Positions 29,411 through 46,343 are shown, counted from the first letter of the stretch. The stretch is DNA of 64,000 bases from Eledone cirrhosa (GCA_964016885.1 OZ024759.1:28210001-28274000), one strand, 5' to 3'. Made by a program: numbers and translations. The notes: generated by a model not told the origin, from the letters alone.

Positions 29411-29493
29411 ACTTACATTTAAGTATCAGCCGTACTAACAGTAAGAAATGAAATTTCATGTTTTCCATTCATATATATATATATATATATATT

Positions 29494-29619
29494 ATTTCTG
29501 AGGATAGCATGTATATGTGAAGGTATGTATATTTCCTCTGATAATTTGTAATATCTTTACATAGATCTATATGATATACATACCAACAGACATATACATC
29601 TCAGAAACGATCGTAAAAT
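29494..29619 (+). ncRNA. Hammerhead with ~100-nt stem II (family H)
   Basis: ATTT-CTGAGGA-…ATGTATATGT…ACATATACAT…-GAAA-CGATCG-TA-AAAT. Homolog at 58209-58338 (-). Confidence 0.7.
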
Positions 29620-29676
29620 GATGAATTTTTTAATATAAGGAGCATGTTCTTTGTTTTTATTTCATTGTCTTTATTA

Positions 29677-29739
<63 letters not shown>

Positions 29740-30106
29740 GTGATTATATAACTGGGTGTGTGTTTAAGTGTAATTGTGATCATCTGCATATCTTAAATGT
29801 CTTAACTCATATACATAAACATTAATAAAATCTGATGAGAATGTATGACCTATCTTATGTTTTCCGATAGAATATATTTATGAGCTCTATTATTACAATA
29901 CACACACAGACATATATATATAGATATAGATATAGATATGTATATATATTTATATATAAATATATATATAGGTATATATATATAAGTATATATATTTATA
30001 TATATATATATAAAGCTATATATATATGTATACATATATAAATATATTTATATAAAGCTATATATATATGTATACATATATAAATATATATATATACACA
30101 CATATT

Positions 30107-30179
<73 letters not shown>

Positions 30180-30265
30180 ACATATATATATGTATACATA
30201 TATATATATGTATACATATATACATATATATATGTATATATATATATACATATATAAATATATAA

Positions 30266-30296
<31 letters not shown>

Positions 30297-30313
30297 CATA
30301 TATAAATATATAA

Positions 30314-30345
<32 letters not shown>

Positions 30346-30371
30346 TTATACATATATATATATATATATTT

Positions 30372-30554
<183 letters not shown>

Positions 30555-30575
30555 CATATATATATATATATATTT

Positions 30576-30626
<51 letters not shown>

Positions 30627-30675
30627 CATATATATATATATATATTTATACATATATATATATATATATATATTT

Positions 30676-30906
<231 letters not shown>

Positions 30907-30970
30907 CATATATATATATACTTATTCAAAATAATAATAAATGAAGACATTCATATAATCAAAATATATG

Positions 30971-31032
30971 TTTTATTATATATATTTCGAAGGTACTGTT
31001 CTGCTTTTTCACTACGTCCTCGTCAGATAAAA
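30971..31032 (-). ncRNA. Minimal hammerhead (family I)
   Basis: TTTTAT-CTGACGA-GGACGTAGTG…CAGTACCTTC-GAAA-TATATA-TA-ATAAAA. Confidence 0.7.
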
Positions 31033-31141
31033 TACATGATGTGATGTATGACATACCTCAACAGTCTTGATATTTCAATTCCAATGCATATATACATATA
31101 TATATATATGTATACATACATAAATATATATATATGTATAC

Positions 31142-31205
<64 letters not shown>

Positions 31206-31257
31206 TCTATATATATATATATATATATACATATATATAAAAACAATTACATTATAT

Positions 31258-31288
<31 letters not shown>

Positions 31289-31396
31289 CATATATATATA
31301 TATAAAGTGATAAAGTGAGGAGCGTGATTACATCTGTTGTATATGAGTGTTAATAGATGTCTATATGTTTCTATATACATAAATATTTACATTGAA

Positions 31397-31434
<38 letters not shown>

Positions 31435-31438
<4 letters not shown>

Positions 31439-31570
31439 TTAATATAGATGAGATTCTACAGGACTAGAACTGTTTCATTCATTAGAAATCATCAGGAATC
31501 ATTTGATTCCTGATGATTTCTAATGAATGAAACAGTTCTAGTCCTGTAGAATCTCATCTATATTAAAACT
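31435..31570. repeat. Palindrome (67-bp arms, 2-nt spacer) of family B, with HHR cores on both strands (31510-31543 +)
   Basis: …ATCATCAGGAATCA tt TGATTCCTGATGAT…; CTGATGA-tTTC(taat)GAAt-GAAA-cagttctaGTC. Confidence 0.8.
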
Positions 31571-31636
31571 GTTATACTCTGCTATGTATTGAGTACCTTA
31601 CTTACTGTGGTTACCTCCGATTCAACCCGGAATAAC

Positions 31637-31680
<44 letters not shown>

Positions 31681-31685
31681 AATTA

Positions 31686-31729
<44 letters not shown>

Positions 31730-31798
31730 AATTACACTATATATATATATATAAACAATTACACTATATATATATATATATATATATATAAACAATTA

Positions 31799-31862
<64 letters not shown>

Positions 31863-32279
31863 AATTACACTATATATATTTAAACAAATACAATATATAT
31901 ATGTATATGCATATATTATGCGTCCCTACGCAATTCCGTTTATCCATTATGTAACGTATTTTATCCGCTCTGATACGCAGGGTCGTATCTGCAGCGTACG
32001 ATATCTTGGAAGCTCATGTTGCTAATATAAACACACGCACTGTTGGTTTCATTTCAATTTATTACAAATTTCCGTTTGTTTGGTTCTATAACCGGATGGT
32101 TGTTTGTTTATTCTCAATTTTCTTTCGTCACACATTCTGTGACCTCCTCGGTGACAGATTTGATATTTTGTGTCTCTCCTTTGTTCTTCTCTACAACATC
32201 TCGTTTTTGTGTGTCTCAACAGACGTTTTTAGATAAGAAATGCACCTAAACAAATTCAATATATATATATATATATACA

Positions 32280-32473
32280 TAGGAAAAAGTATGACCTCGA
32301 CGGCAGAGCTCAAGCCGTTTCGACGGCTATTTCTGGTGTCCAGAAATAGCCGTCGAAACGGCTTGAGCTCTGCCGTCGGGGTCATACTTTTTCCTACTTC
32401 CCACTATACTAGCCAAAGTATTGAGTACTCTGGTGCGTTATAGTCCTTTTGGTTCCTTACCACAATTCCTTTG

Positions 32474-32475
<2 letters not shown>
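32280..32475. mobile_element. Family C fold-back (arms 32280-32336 / 32340-32396)
   Basis: …CGACGGCTATTTCTGG tgt CCAGAAATAGCCGTCG…. Confidence 0.75.
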
Positions 32476-32512
<37 letters not shown>

Positions 32513-32796
32513 GTAACTATATACATACACACAAACACACACACTCATATATATATATATATATGTGTGTGTATGTGTGTGTATGTATACATAGTAAGTT
32601 CATACATACATATATATATATACACATATATATATAAATATATAAATATATATATATGTATATATATATTTATGTGTGTGTGTGTATATATATAAATATG
32701 TATATGTATATAAATATATATGTATATATAAATATATATATATATTATGGAATACTGTTAGCTTCTCGCTACAACAATTTTTATACTTTTCATTTA

Positions 32797-32846
<50 letters not shown>

Positions 32847-32949
32847 CATGTGTATATACATATATATTTATATACATATATATATATACATACATATATA
32901 TATATACATATATATACATACATATATATTTATATACATACACACACAC

Positions 32950-33139
<190 letters not shown>

Positions 33140-33420
33140 ATACACCTCATCTCAGTGCGGGTATGTGTGAATTTTGTTCTGTATAAGGTAAATTGATATT
33201 TTCTGAAATATTCATGAGTTATTTACTAAACTGTGAGTTTTGACACCGAAACTAATTTTCTTTGTTCTCTACACTCATTAGTTTCTCTAGTGATTGACTG
33301 GTACATAGGAAGCTGTGTTACCTACAAACACCTAGTAGAAATGGCTGGGGTAGGATAGGGGCTGGTGTATACAGACAGACGCGTATGTATATATATATAT
33401 ATCTATATGTATATATATGC

Positions 33421-33518
<98 letters not shown>

Positions 33519-33519
33519 G

Positions 33520-33594
<75 letters not shown>

Positions 33595-33595
33595 C

Positions 33596-33628
<33 letters not shown>

Positions 33629-33868
33629 GTAGGAATGAAAATTGGCGTGCTGTGTTGTTGCAACTATATATACATATATGTATATATATATGTATATATA
33701 TGTATAAATATAGGTATATATAAATATGTATATGTATATATATATGTGTGTGTGTAACATATATTTATATATATGTATATATATGTGTAGAAAGAGAGCT
33801 GTGTGAGTATGTCTGGTGCATGTGTGTGTTAATGTATACGTATTTACAAAATATAAGTTTCCTTATAT

Positions 33869-34412
<544 letters not shown>

Positions 34413-35221
34413 CAAAACGGAGAGACACTAAGAGGGAAGAGAAAGAGAGAGGTGAGAGAGAAAGGGGTGAGAAAGAGAAAGTGAAGTGAAGAAATAATTA
34501 ATTAATGTGAACGACAACGTAAGAGAGAATGAAGGAATACAGTTTTGAAGGAAGAGAGGAATGGCGGAATGAAATATTGAATGAGAGAGAATATATTTGT
34601 TTAGCTTAAGATGTGATCAACATTGTAATACATAGAGATGCCATCTTTGATTAATGCTACAATATAATGCTGATGGTGGTAGTGGTGATGATGGTTGTGG
34701 GGCTGGTGGTGGTGGTGATGGTGATGGTGGTGTTTATGATGCTGCTGTTGTTGGTTAGGATTTTGTAGTGGTTGTGTTATAGTGCAGATATGGTGGTGGT
34801 GGTGGTGGTGGTGGTTCTGGGGTTGGTGGTGGTGGTGGTGGGTGTGTTTATGATGCTGTTGTTGTTGGTTGTGGTGTTGTAGTGGTGGTAGAAGTGATTG
34901 TGTTAAAGTGCAGTAATGGTGGTGGTGGTGGTGGTGATGGTGGTGATTTTTGTAGTGTTGGTGATTGTGGTTGTATTACTACTGAAGTAGTAGTTGTGGT
35001 AGTATTGGTGGTAGTGGTGCTGGCATGTGTGTTCCTCTCTTACGCCAGTAAATATCTCATGTCTCAAGCTGAGTTATTTATTCTCAACATTTTAATATAT
35101 TGTTTGATATGTCATGAAAATGAAATTAAGACAGAAAGGAATGTAAAGAGAAAGATTGATAGATTTGTGATGGGAGAACATTCGAGATTAACTTCATAGT
35201 TTTCTAACATTTTATTTACAC

Positions 35222-36030
35222 ACTCCTCGGAACCGTCTTCTTCTCCCACATATTCCGGAGAGAGCCGTGGGGGCAGAGTCCTCAAACACTCCTACCAGCG
35301 GGTACTGTCAGAAACAACCGCCTCCAACTGATTCGGCTGGATCCCCAAGCGGGACCAGCTAAGCTCATGGATGTTATCCAACCATCTTGCTCGGGGTCTA
35401 CCCCTGGGTCTCCTGCCAGTTGGATTTGCCCGTCAAATCTGTCTAGTGATTCTTTCTGTGACATTCTAACCACATGTCCATAGTATCGGAGCTGTGATCT
35501 CTCAATTTGGAGAAGTAACAGCTCTACCTGGAGCAACTCCCCAGTGATTCTTTCCTGGGACATTCTAACCACATGACCATAGCATCGGAGCTGTGATCAG
35601 AGCTACTTCTCCGAAGTAGCAGCTCTACCTGGAGCAACTCCAGAGTGATTCTTTCCTATGACATTCTAACCACATGCCCATAGTATCGGAGCTCTGATGA
35701 GGGCTACTTCGGAGAAGCAGTGGCTCTACCTGGAGTGACTCTCTGATCTCCGAGCTAAGGAACCCTGTCGAGTAACGCTACTCCAAAGACCCTTCGAAAG
35801 AATCCCATTTCAGCCGCTTGTATTCCTATTCTTTCAGTCATTATGCAAGATTCGTGAGCATAAGCAAGGATTGGCACGAAAACCGAATTAAAAATAGCAA
35901 GTATGTCTTTTACGCCTACCTCCCTTCTGATTACTGAATGCTGAAGCTGGCGGATTACTGCACCAGCTTTTGCAATGTAGTCCAAATCATTCAATCCCAC
36001 GTTGTAACAACTCTTCCAATTCGCCACACT
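35222..36030 (-). pseudogene. RTE-clade (Expander-like) LINE 3' fragment, RT C-terminal region, with internal ~100-bp triplication
   Basis: Translations VFVPILAYAHESC…IQAAEMGFFRRVFGV…LDRV and IERSQLRYYGHVVRM; frameshifted. Confidence 0.85.
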
Positions 36031-36819
36031 CCAAGCTCGAGACAGACTTTAGATCTTTTTAGATAGTTGTCTATATCAAACATCTATACTTCAATGGTAC
36101 ATTATTTTATAAATTCCGGTAGAATGATAGACAAAACTGGCCCCAGTGGGATTAGAACTCAGATCTTTACAAAGCAAGCGATGTAACGTAAGATATCGCA
36201 TGAAATCTTGTCTTGTCAACCATTCTACTGAATCTTCCTCAAAACTGTCCTTTCGGTATATTTATAAGTAGACGACATTTTTCAGCTACACTTCTTCTTC
36301 TTATTATTTTTTTTTTCCATTATTCAATCACGTTAAAATATTTTACAGTCCTACGACCTCACCTACTCTACTACGGTCTTATCAGTAACACCACCACCAC
36401 CAACAACAACAGCAACACCACCACTACTACTACTGCCACCACCACTACCACCACCACTACCACCACCATCACCACCTCTATCATCATCAACACCACCACC
36501 ACCACTACTGCCACCAGCACCACCACCACCATCACCACCACTATCATCATCAGCACCACCACCACTACTACCACCACCATCACCACCACTATCATCTTCA
36601 GCACCAACACCACCACTACTGCCTCCACCAATTCACCACAACCGACGCCACCACGACCACCACATTCACCACCATCATTGCCTTCTCCAATACCAACTTA
36701 ACGATACAACGACAACGACAACCACCACTATCACCAACACCGCCACCATCATCATAAGAAGAAGAACAACAACAGCAGCAACAACAAAATCAACCACCAC
36801 TGCCACCACCAATATAAGA

Positions 36820-37610
36820 ACATAACAACAGCAACAACAACAACTACCACTATCACCACCACTACTACCACCATAAGAAGAAGAACAACAACAGCAGCAA
36901 CAAAAACATCAAAACTAACCACCACCACTACCACTACCACCACCACCACCACCATACAAACAACAACTACAACAATAACAACAGCAGCAACAAAAACATC
37001 AAAACTAACCACCACCACTACCACTACCACCACCACCGCCACCATACAAACAACAACTACAACAATAACAACAGCAGCAACAAAAACATCAAAACTAACC
37101 ACCACCACCACCACCACTACCACCACCACCACCACCATACAAACAACAACTACAACAATAACAACAGCAGCAACAAAAAAATCAAAACTAACCACCACCA
37201 CTACCACCACCACCACCACCATACAAACAACAACTACAACAATAACAACAGCAGCAACAAAAACATCAAAACTAACCACCACCACCACTACCACTACCAC
37301 CACCATACAAACAACAACTACAATAATAACAACAGCAGCAACAAAAACATCAAAACTAACCACCACCACCACCACCACCACCACCACCATACAAACAACA
37401 ACTACAACAATAACAACAGCAGCAACAAAAACATCAAAACTAACCACCACCACTACCACTACCACCACCACCACCATCACCATACAAACAACAACTACAA
37501 CAATAACAACAGCAGCAACAAAAACATCAAAACTAACCACCACCACCACCACCACCACCACCACCATACAAACAACAACTACAACAATAACAACAAGAAC
37601 CACAACAACA
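36820..37610. repeat. ~90-bp minisatellite built of ACC/AAC triplets (~8 copies)
   Basis: AACAGCAGCAACAAAAACATCAAAACTAACCACC… units. Confidence 0.9.
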
Positions 37611-37974
37611 GTAACATAAGTAAAATCACAAAAAAGGACTGAAAAAATATAAATATAAAATGAAATCCTAGATTCTAGAATGTTCCATATATTTATTTGT
37701 TCCGAACGAGTGACCAGGTAAATACTTCTATCCACGTCAAAATGTTGTAGAACAGCTAAAAATGACAGAAATAGATCGAAATAGATCGAAGTAGATCGAA
37801 ATAAATAAACATCTTCACTTAGACACGCATACACTCACGTGCACATATATACACAGACATACACACACATATACATATGTATGTACATGCTGATGCATGC
37901 ATTCATTCATATATATATATATATATACAAATATACACACGCTCCCATATGCACAGACACGCCCCCCCCCCCCA

Positions 37975-38009
<35 letters not shown>

Positions 38010-38054
38010 TTCAAAATATTAATAAATATAGACATTCAACGTAATCAAAATATA

Positions 38055-38116
38055 TTTTATTATATATATTTCAGAGGTACTGTGCTGTTTTCTCAGTACG
38101 TCCTCATCAGATAAAA
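38055..38116 (-). ncRNA. Minimal hammerhead (family I) in element ~38005-38262
   Basis: TTTTAT-CTGATGA-GGACGTACTG…CAGTACCTCT-GAAA-TATATA-TA-ATAAAA. Confidence 0.8.
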
Positions 38117-38259
38117 TATATAAATTGATGTATGACATACCTCAACTGTGCTGATGGTTCAATTCCAGTCTTGGCATTAATAACTCCAGAAATTGTTTGC
38201 TGTTGAGTGCTTCTAATCTATTGTAAAACTATATTCATTGATTAATCAATGAACCTTGG

Positions 38260-38309
<50 letters not shown>

Positions 38310-38490
38310 CCAAAGATCCCGTTAAGGGTGAAAGCAGCGATTCTTTGCTTAAACTTTAATCTGTTATTTTAATAAATATTTGCTCTACGGTTCTTATATA
38401 TTTGATATATATTTATCCTTATCGAACCCTCTTTGGATTTTATTATTATTACTATTATTATTACTACTATATATATAAATATATATATAT

Positions 38491-39414
38491 TAGGGTGGCC
38501 CTAATATATATATATGTTTCTGCTCCCACCCCCTAATCCTGTTCCAATCAACAGAAAAGCGGGGTGTGCAAAATTTTAGCCCAATCGGGCAACTGTTAGG
38601 CGACCCTCAAACACCTTAAATGGAACATAGTATACACAATGATTAATTCTGTTCAAAAGCAGTAAACTGTTCCCTTTCTCGACCATTTTCTTTTTTCTTC
38701 AGAGAGAAATTTATGTGGACACATCCAGGCAACCCCAGCAGATGTATATATACATTGTATATATATGTATATATAACCACATACTGATATATGTATATAT
38801 ACATTGTATATATATATAGCCACATACTGATATATGTATATATACATTGTATATATATATAGCCACATACTGATATATGTATATATACATTGTATATATA
38901 TATATATAACCACATACTGATATATGTATATATACATTGTATATATATATATATAACCACATACTGATATATGTATATATACATTGTATATATATATATA
39001 TATATAACCACATACTGATATATGTATATATACATTGTATATATATATATATAACCACATACTGATATATGTATATATACATTGTATATATATATATATA
39101 TATAACCACATACTGATATATGTATATATACATTGTATATATATATATATATAGCCACATACTGATATATGTATATATACATTATATATATATATATAGC
39201 CACATACTGATATATGTATATATACATTGTATATATATATAACCACATACTGATATATGTATATATACATTGTATATATATATATATATAACCACATACT
39301 GATATATGTATATATACATTGTATATATATATATATATATATATAGCCATATACTGATATATGTATATATACATTGTATATATATATAACCACATACTGA
39401 TATATGTATATATA

Positions 39415-39456
<42 letters not shown>

Positions 39457-40088
39457 CTCAATACGAGTACTCATTTCTCTTAGCGGATATATGTAAATTA
39501 GGGTGGCCCTTAGCCTTAGCAATAGGTAATTTTAGGAAAGTTAAAATGCTGTTGCTGTCCCCTGCTTTGCAAGTTGCATTCCCCATTATATTTATTGTCA
39601 CATATCTTTCTAATACCAATACCGGTCGCTCTCCGACAGGTTTGCGTTTGTACCCTTGGCAGTGGAAACTTCTGGTGTGAGCTTCGCGAGCTGGAATGGC
39701 TTTTCCGCCGGGGAAACGAGTTCTCCATTATGTCTGCCGGGGGGGGGGGGGGCACCAATATGATTGACTGACTTGTCATTCTATCAGTCAGATGTTTTCA
39801 GCCATCAGCCAGTTAATTATGATTCATTCTGTGCTGTATAGACGTAAACGAATGCACTAAAGAACTAACACAGGCATCAACTATAAACAATAAGTCTGAA
39901 CGAGTTTTAATTTAAGAGAAAATTATATAAGAGATGAAAAATTTTTATCTGAAAAAATGACTTTCCGCGCGAAAACTTTAAACTTTCACGTTCTATGAGG
40001 GTCGCCTTGCAGTTGTCCGCTTGAGCTAAAGTTTTGCATTGATAGATATTTTGTTAATTGGTAATTGGTACAGGATAGGTGGGTGGGC

Positions 40089-40090
<2 letters not shown>
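38491..40090. mobile_element. Putative non-autonomous DNA transposon with imperfect ~90-bp terminal inverted repeats
   Basis: 38525-38609 (…TGCAAAATTTTAGCCCAATCGGGCAACTGTTAGGCGACCCTCA) is inverted at 39996-40088 (TGAGGGTCGCCTTGCAGTTGTCCGCTTGAGCTAAAGTTTTGCA…). Confidence 0.55.
38740..39430. repeat. ~45-55-bp minisatellite with variable (TA)n, ~14 copies
   Basis: CCACATACTGATATATGTATATATACATTG(TA)n units. Confidence 0.9.
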
Positions 40091-40133
<43 letters not shown>

Positions 40134-40224
40134 CCCACACACACACTCTCTCAAGAGCGTAAACCTAATAAACCTTTATTTGTTTGCCTCTCTGTTTTAT
40201 TCCCGTCTAAATTTGCACTATATA

Positions 40225-40269
<45 letters not shown>

Positions 40270-40274
<5 letters not shown>

Positions 40275-40353
40275 ATTTATTTGGTTCCTTTACCGGTTTC
40301 GCAGTTCTTCTGCTTTTCAAAAGTAGAGTTGAGATGGAGGGTCTGTGGTTTTT

Positions 40354-40360
<7 letters not shown>
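40270..40360 (-). mobile_element. Family A single arm with HHR motif (40287-40324)
   Basis: Matches 2777-2850. Confidence 0.7.
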
Positions 40361-40438
<78 letters not shown>

Positions 40439-40505
40439 CATACATACATACAATAATATATATATACATATATATATACATACATATATATATATATATA
40501 CATAC

Positions 40506-40558
<53 letters not shown>

Positions 40559-40678
40559 CACACACACACACACATATATATATACACACACACATATATA
40601 TATATACACACACATATATATATGTCATATGTGTATGTATTTATATAAACATATATATGTGTGTGTGCGTGTGTCATT

Positions 40679-40721
<43 letters not shown>

Positions 40722-41799
40722 ACGCAAATTTTCACATTTTTGGCTTTTTATCGACTTTTGCGGCAATTTAGAGTAACCTCCGACGCCGTTGGGATTTGAA
40801 CTGGCAACATAAACAGGAGATACTTTCTTAAATAACGCAACACATTATATCCGGACTGTTGCTCCACTGATTTTGCCATCTACTGATCTTTGAATTCCGA
40901 AAGGAATAAATTCAAATGGAAAACATCGACAAGATATGGAAAAAAAAGGACATGAAAATATAAACTAGTAAAAAGGCGAGATAATGTTATAGAGGAAAAA
41001 CGGAAAAGAGAAGGATGATGTCGAAAACGAGGAAATATAATGGAGGATGATGGAGGATCTAGAAACAGATACACAGATACACAGACACATATACAATACA
41101 CATAGGTAGAGACAAACACACAGATACACAGACAGATGCACAGGCACAGAGACACACACAGACAAACAAACAAACAAACACAGACATACAAACACACAAA
41201 CACACACACATAGATACATAGACATAGAGATACACACACACAAAGACACAAACGCCCCCATATAGATACACAGACAAACAAACACAGACATACAAACACA
41301 CAAACACACACACATAGATACATAGACATAGAGATACACACACACACACAAAGACACAAACGCACGCACATAGATACACAGATACAGAGATAAACACAAA
41401 CACACAAACACATAGATACACAATCACACACAAACACACAAACACACGCACGCACACAGTTACAGAGACACACACACATATACAGTTACAGAGACACACA
41501 CAGACACACATAAACACTCACACTTAGACACAGAGAGAGAGACACACAGAGACACACGCACGCATACACACACATAGACACAGAGTCGCAGACACACACG
41601 GAAACATACAGACACAGATACACAAACACAGACAGACCGATAGACACACACACACAGACACTGAGACACATACACACAAACAGAGAGACATACACAGATA
41701 CAGGCAGTCACACACACTCATACATAAACGTATACACACTGACAGAAAGACAGAGAAAGACACAGAAAGACACACACATAAACACGCGCACACACAGAC

Positions 41800-42040
41800 A
41801 GACACTGCCATACATGGACACACGCACACACACAACCACACAGACACTCCCATACATGGATACGCGCACACACACACAACCACACAGACACTCCCATACA
41901 TGGACACGCGCACACACACAACCACACAGACACTCCCATACATGGACACACGCACACACACAACCACACAGACACTCCCATACATGGACACACGCACACA
42001 CACAACCACACAGACACTCCCATACATGGACACGCGCACG
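41800..42040. repeat. 42-bp minisatellite (~5 copies) in a CA-rich tract
   Basis: CACAACCACACAGACACTCCCATACATGGACAC… units. Confidence 0.85.
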
Positions 42041-42894
42041 CACACACACACACATATGCGTGCATTACAAAGGAAGGGAGAATGATAGAACGAGAGGCGA
42101 AAAAAAAAAAGGGTTGGTTGAAGAATTTATACTTAAATAAAACCGAAAAGGAAAAATGGTTAAAATGTTTGGAATCATAAGTGTGAAGAAAATTCTCAGA
42201 AAATAAAAGAGAATATTAGGAATGTGAGAGAACCTCAGAAAATATGTGAATGGGAGAGAATGTGGCAAAAATGTTTGGTAAAAATACATGGCAGAAATAT
42301 ATAGCGAACATATATAATGAACATATATAACGAACTAGCGAACATATATAACGAACTTATATAACTAGATTGCGAACATATATAGCAAACATATATAACT
42401 ATATAGCGAAGATATATATATATGTGTGTGTGTGACAGCTCACACCTCTGCAGGTTTAGCTGGCCTCCTCCAAGGTATATCTCGTTGGAGGTGTCTTGGG
42501 TGATTTAATGATAGGGACCCCAGTCCTATCATCTCATTTCTACAAGGAAACAACACATCACCCGGTCCGAGAATTGAACTCATAGCCTTTCGAATGCAAG
42601 CTCAATGCTCTAACCGCTAAGCCATCCGCCTTCAAGATATATAACTATATAGCGAACATATGTAACTATATAGCAAACATATGTATAACTATATAGCGAA
42701 CATAGATAACTATATAGCTAAAATATATAACTATATAGTGATAGCAGAGAAAATATAAGGAAAACGCGAAAGAGTGTAAAGATGTTTGGTAAAAATGAAA
42801 GGATGAAAAAATAGTTACTTTTCCTTTTTTTTTTTTCTTTCACTCCTCTATACATCTATGAAACTTGTATACATCCATTGTACCCACATGCATT

Positions 42895-42955
<61 letters not shown>

Positions 42956-43769
42956 TTAACGGAATGAATACTTAAATAAGAGAAGAAAAAACACGACAGA
43001 ATCGTCATAAAAATATATTTCTACGAACAATACAGAAACAATACATAGAGTAACAACAACAACAACTAAACCATTGCCATCACCACCACAACACCACTAC
43101 CACCAACAACAACAACAACACCAACAACACCACCACCACCAACAACAACAACAATACCAACACCACCACCAATAACACCACCACCACCACCAATAACAAC
43201 ACCACCACCAATAACAACAACACCACCACCACCAATAACAACAACAACACCACCACCACCAACACCACCACCACCAACAACAACAACAACACCATCAACA
43301 CCACCACCAACAACAACACCACCACCAACAACACCACCACCAACAACACCACCACCAACAACAACAATAACACCACCACCACCAACACCACCAATAACAA
43401 CAACACCACCACCAACAACAACAACACCAACAACACCACAACACCACCAATAACAACAACAACAACAATGTAAGGATGATTCACCAATATAAAACCTGCA
43501 TTAAACGCTCTAATGGAATAAATATTTCAGTTTGAGACAACTTAAGTAAAGTGTTCTTCAAACAGACAACCTCCTACTACTACTGTTGCTACTACTACTA
43601 CTGCTGCTGCTGGTACTACTACTACTACTACTACTACTACTGCTGCTACTACTGCTACCACTACTAACTACTACTACTACTGCTCCTGCTACTACTACTA
43701 ATATTACTACTGCTGCTACTGCTTCTACTATTACTACTGCTACTACTACTATTACTACAACTGCTGCTG

Positions 43770-43814
<45 letters not shown>

Positions 43815-43972
43815 TTACTAGTACTACTACTGCTACTACTACTTACTATTACTACTAACTACTACTACCACCCACTAACTACTACTACCACTGGTAAAGA
43901 ACTGTATACTATCAGATATAATATATAGGTTAGATCATACCTGCTTCATGGGAAACATGGTGTATATATATA

Positions 43973-44360
43973 TAACGAAGCAAGTGTGGTAGGGGCCAGA
44001 TGGACTATATCGCACCAGAGTTCTCAATACTTAGGGTAGTAGAGTGGGTAATAGGGAAATTTTCAAGACCCCGTCGGCAGAGCTTAAGCCGTTTCAACGC
44101 CTAGTCCAGAAATAGCCGTCGAAACGGCTTGAGCTCTGCCGTCGGGGTTAAACATTTTCATATTACCCACTCTACTACCCTAAGTATTGAGTACTCTGGT
44201 GCGTTATGGTCCATCTGGTTCCTTACCACACTTCCTTTGTTATCTAGCTCCTATCTCGGTAGTAGAGCACTTTCCGACCCTACCGTGCCTTATCCCGACG
44301 GTCCAGAAATAGCCGTCGAAACGCCTTGAGCTCTGCCGTCGGGGTTAAACATTTTCATAT
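43973..44360. mobile_element. Family C: inverted arm plus two direct copies
   Basis: 43973-44100 is inverted relative to 44104-44243; GTCCAGAAATAGCCGTCGAAAC restarts at 44301. Confidence 0.7.
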
Positions 44361-44882
44361 ATATATATATGTATGTGTGTGTGTGTGTGTTGTGTGAGTG
44401 TGTGTGTGTGTATTAAGACTACAGGTGTATATGTTTAATAAACATACATGAGAGTCGCGAGAGATATATCAAACTGTGAACCTGACACAGCTATTTCAGT
44501 ATCCGTGTCTTTACGTGTGTTTGTGTGTATGTGTGTGGATGTGTGAATGTGTGTGTGTGCGTATGTGTATGTAAGTGTGTGTGTGTATGTGTGTGAGTGT
44601 ATGAGAGTATGTATATGTGTGTGGTGAGTGAGTATATTGGAGTAGTGTATGACGGCGTGAAACGGTAAATAATTCTCCATATATATAGATTCTACACCAA
44701 GTTGTCATTTAATTATTTTGTTTTGAAAAGAAAAATCCGTATACATATATACACACAAACATATATACATACATACATACACACACATATCTATTTACAA
44801 AGGCACCTACAAGCCGACGTATATACATATACACGCTTACACACACGTCTCATGTAAATGTATACATACATACATACATACA

Positions 44883-44914
<32 letters not shown>

Positions 44915-45586
44915 AAAACATCCATATTTACACAGAGATCCATGGATACATACATATACATACATACGTACATATAAAGGTACGAACAAACGTACATGCA
45001 TGCATACACACATGCATAAAATCATACATACATACATACAGACATTCATACATATAAAAACATCCGTATATACACATACACTCAGTTATATACACACAGA
45101 GATCCATGCATACATACATATACATACATACGTACATACAAAGGTACAAACAAACATACATGCATGCATACACACATACATACATATACATACATACGTA
45201 CATACAAAGGTACAAACAAACATACATGCATGCATACACACATACATACATATACATACATACATACATAGATACACACATACATACATTCATACATACA
45301 TACAGACAAACATTCATACATACACAGATACATATATATTTTCCCAAAAGACATACACACACACACAGACAAGTATGTGGCTTCTTGGGTGCGTCTTTGT
45401 ATATATGTCTGTGAATATATACATATCTTTATCCAAATTACATATTCAAGAAATTTTAATTTGAAATATTCTGAATTTGTTTTTGAATAGTTCCAAGTTA
45501 AAAATACTTAAATATTGAAAGAAAAAAGAGAAATGTAAATTTAAGAACAGAAAATCAAATCATAGGTTTTGATTCATAAAAAATAG

Positions 45587-45660
<74 letters not shown>

Positions 45661-45715
45661 CAGATATATATATATATATATACATACAGATATATATATA
45701 TATATATATACATAC

Positions 45716-45772
<57 letters not shown>

Positions 45773-45773
45773 C

Positions 45774-45830
<57 letters not shown>

Positions 45831-45831
45831 C

Positions 45832-45890
<59 letters not shown>

Positions 45891-45891
45891 C

Positions 45892-45982
<91 letters not shown>

Positions 45983-45985
45983 CAG

Positions 45986-46343
<358 letters not shown>

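Noticed and set aside
35694-35700. CTGATGA matches at 35694, 29832 and CTGAAGA at 59991
   Set aside because: No properly placed stem II-GAAA-stem III-UH follows.
36752-37834. 360-aa Val-rich 'membrane protein' ORF (similarly 50641-51159 and 43080-43487)
   Set aside because: Triplet-based minisatellites.
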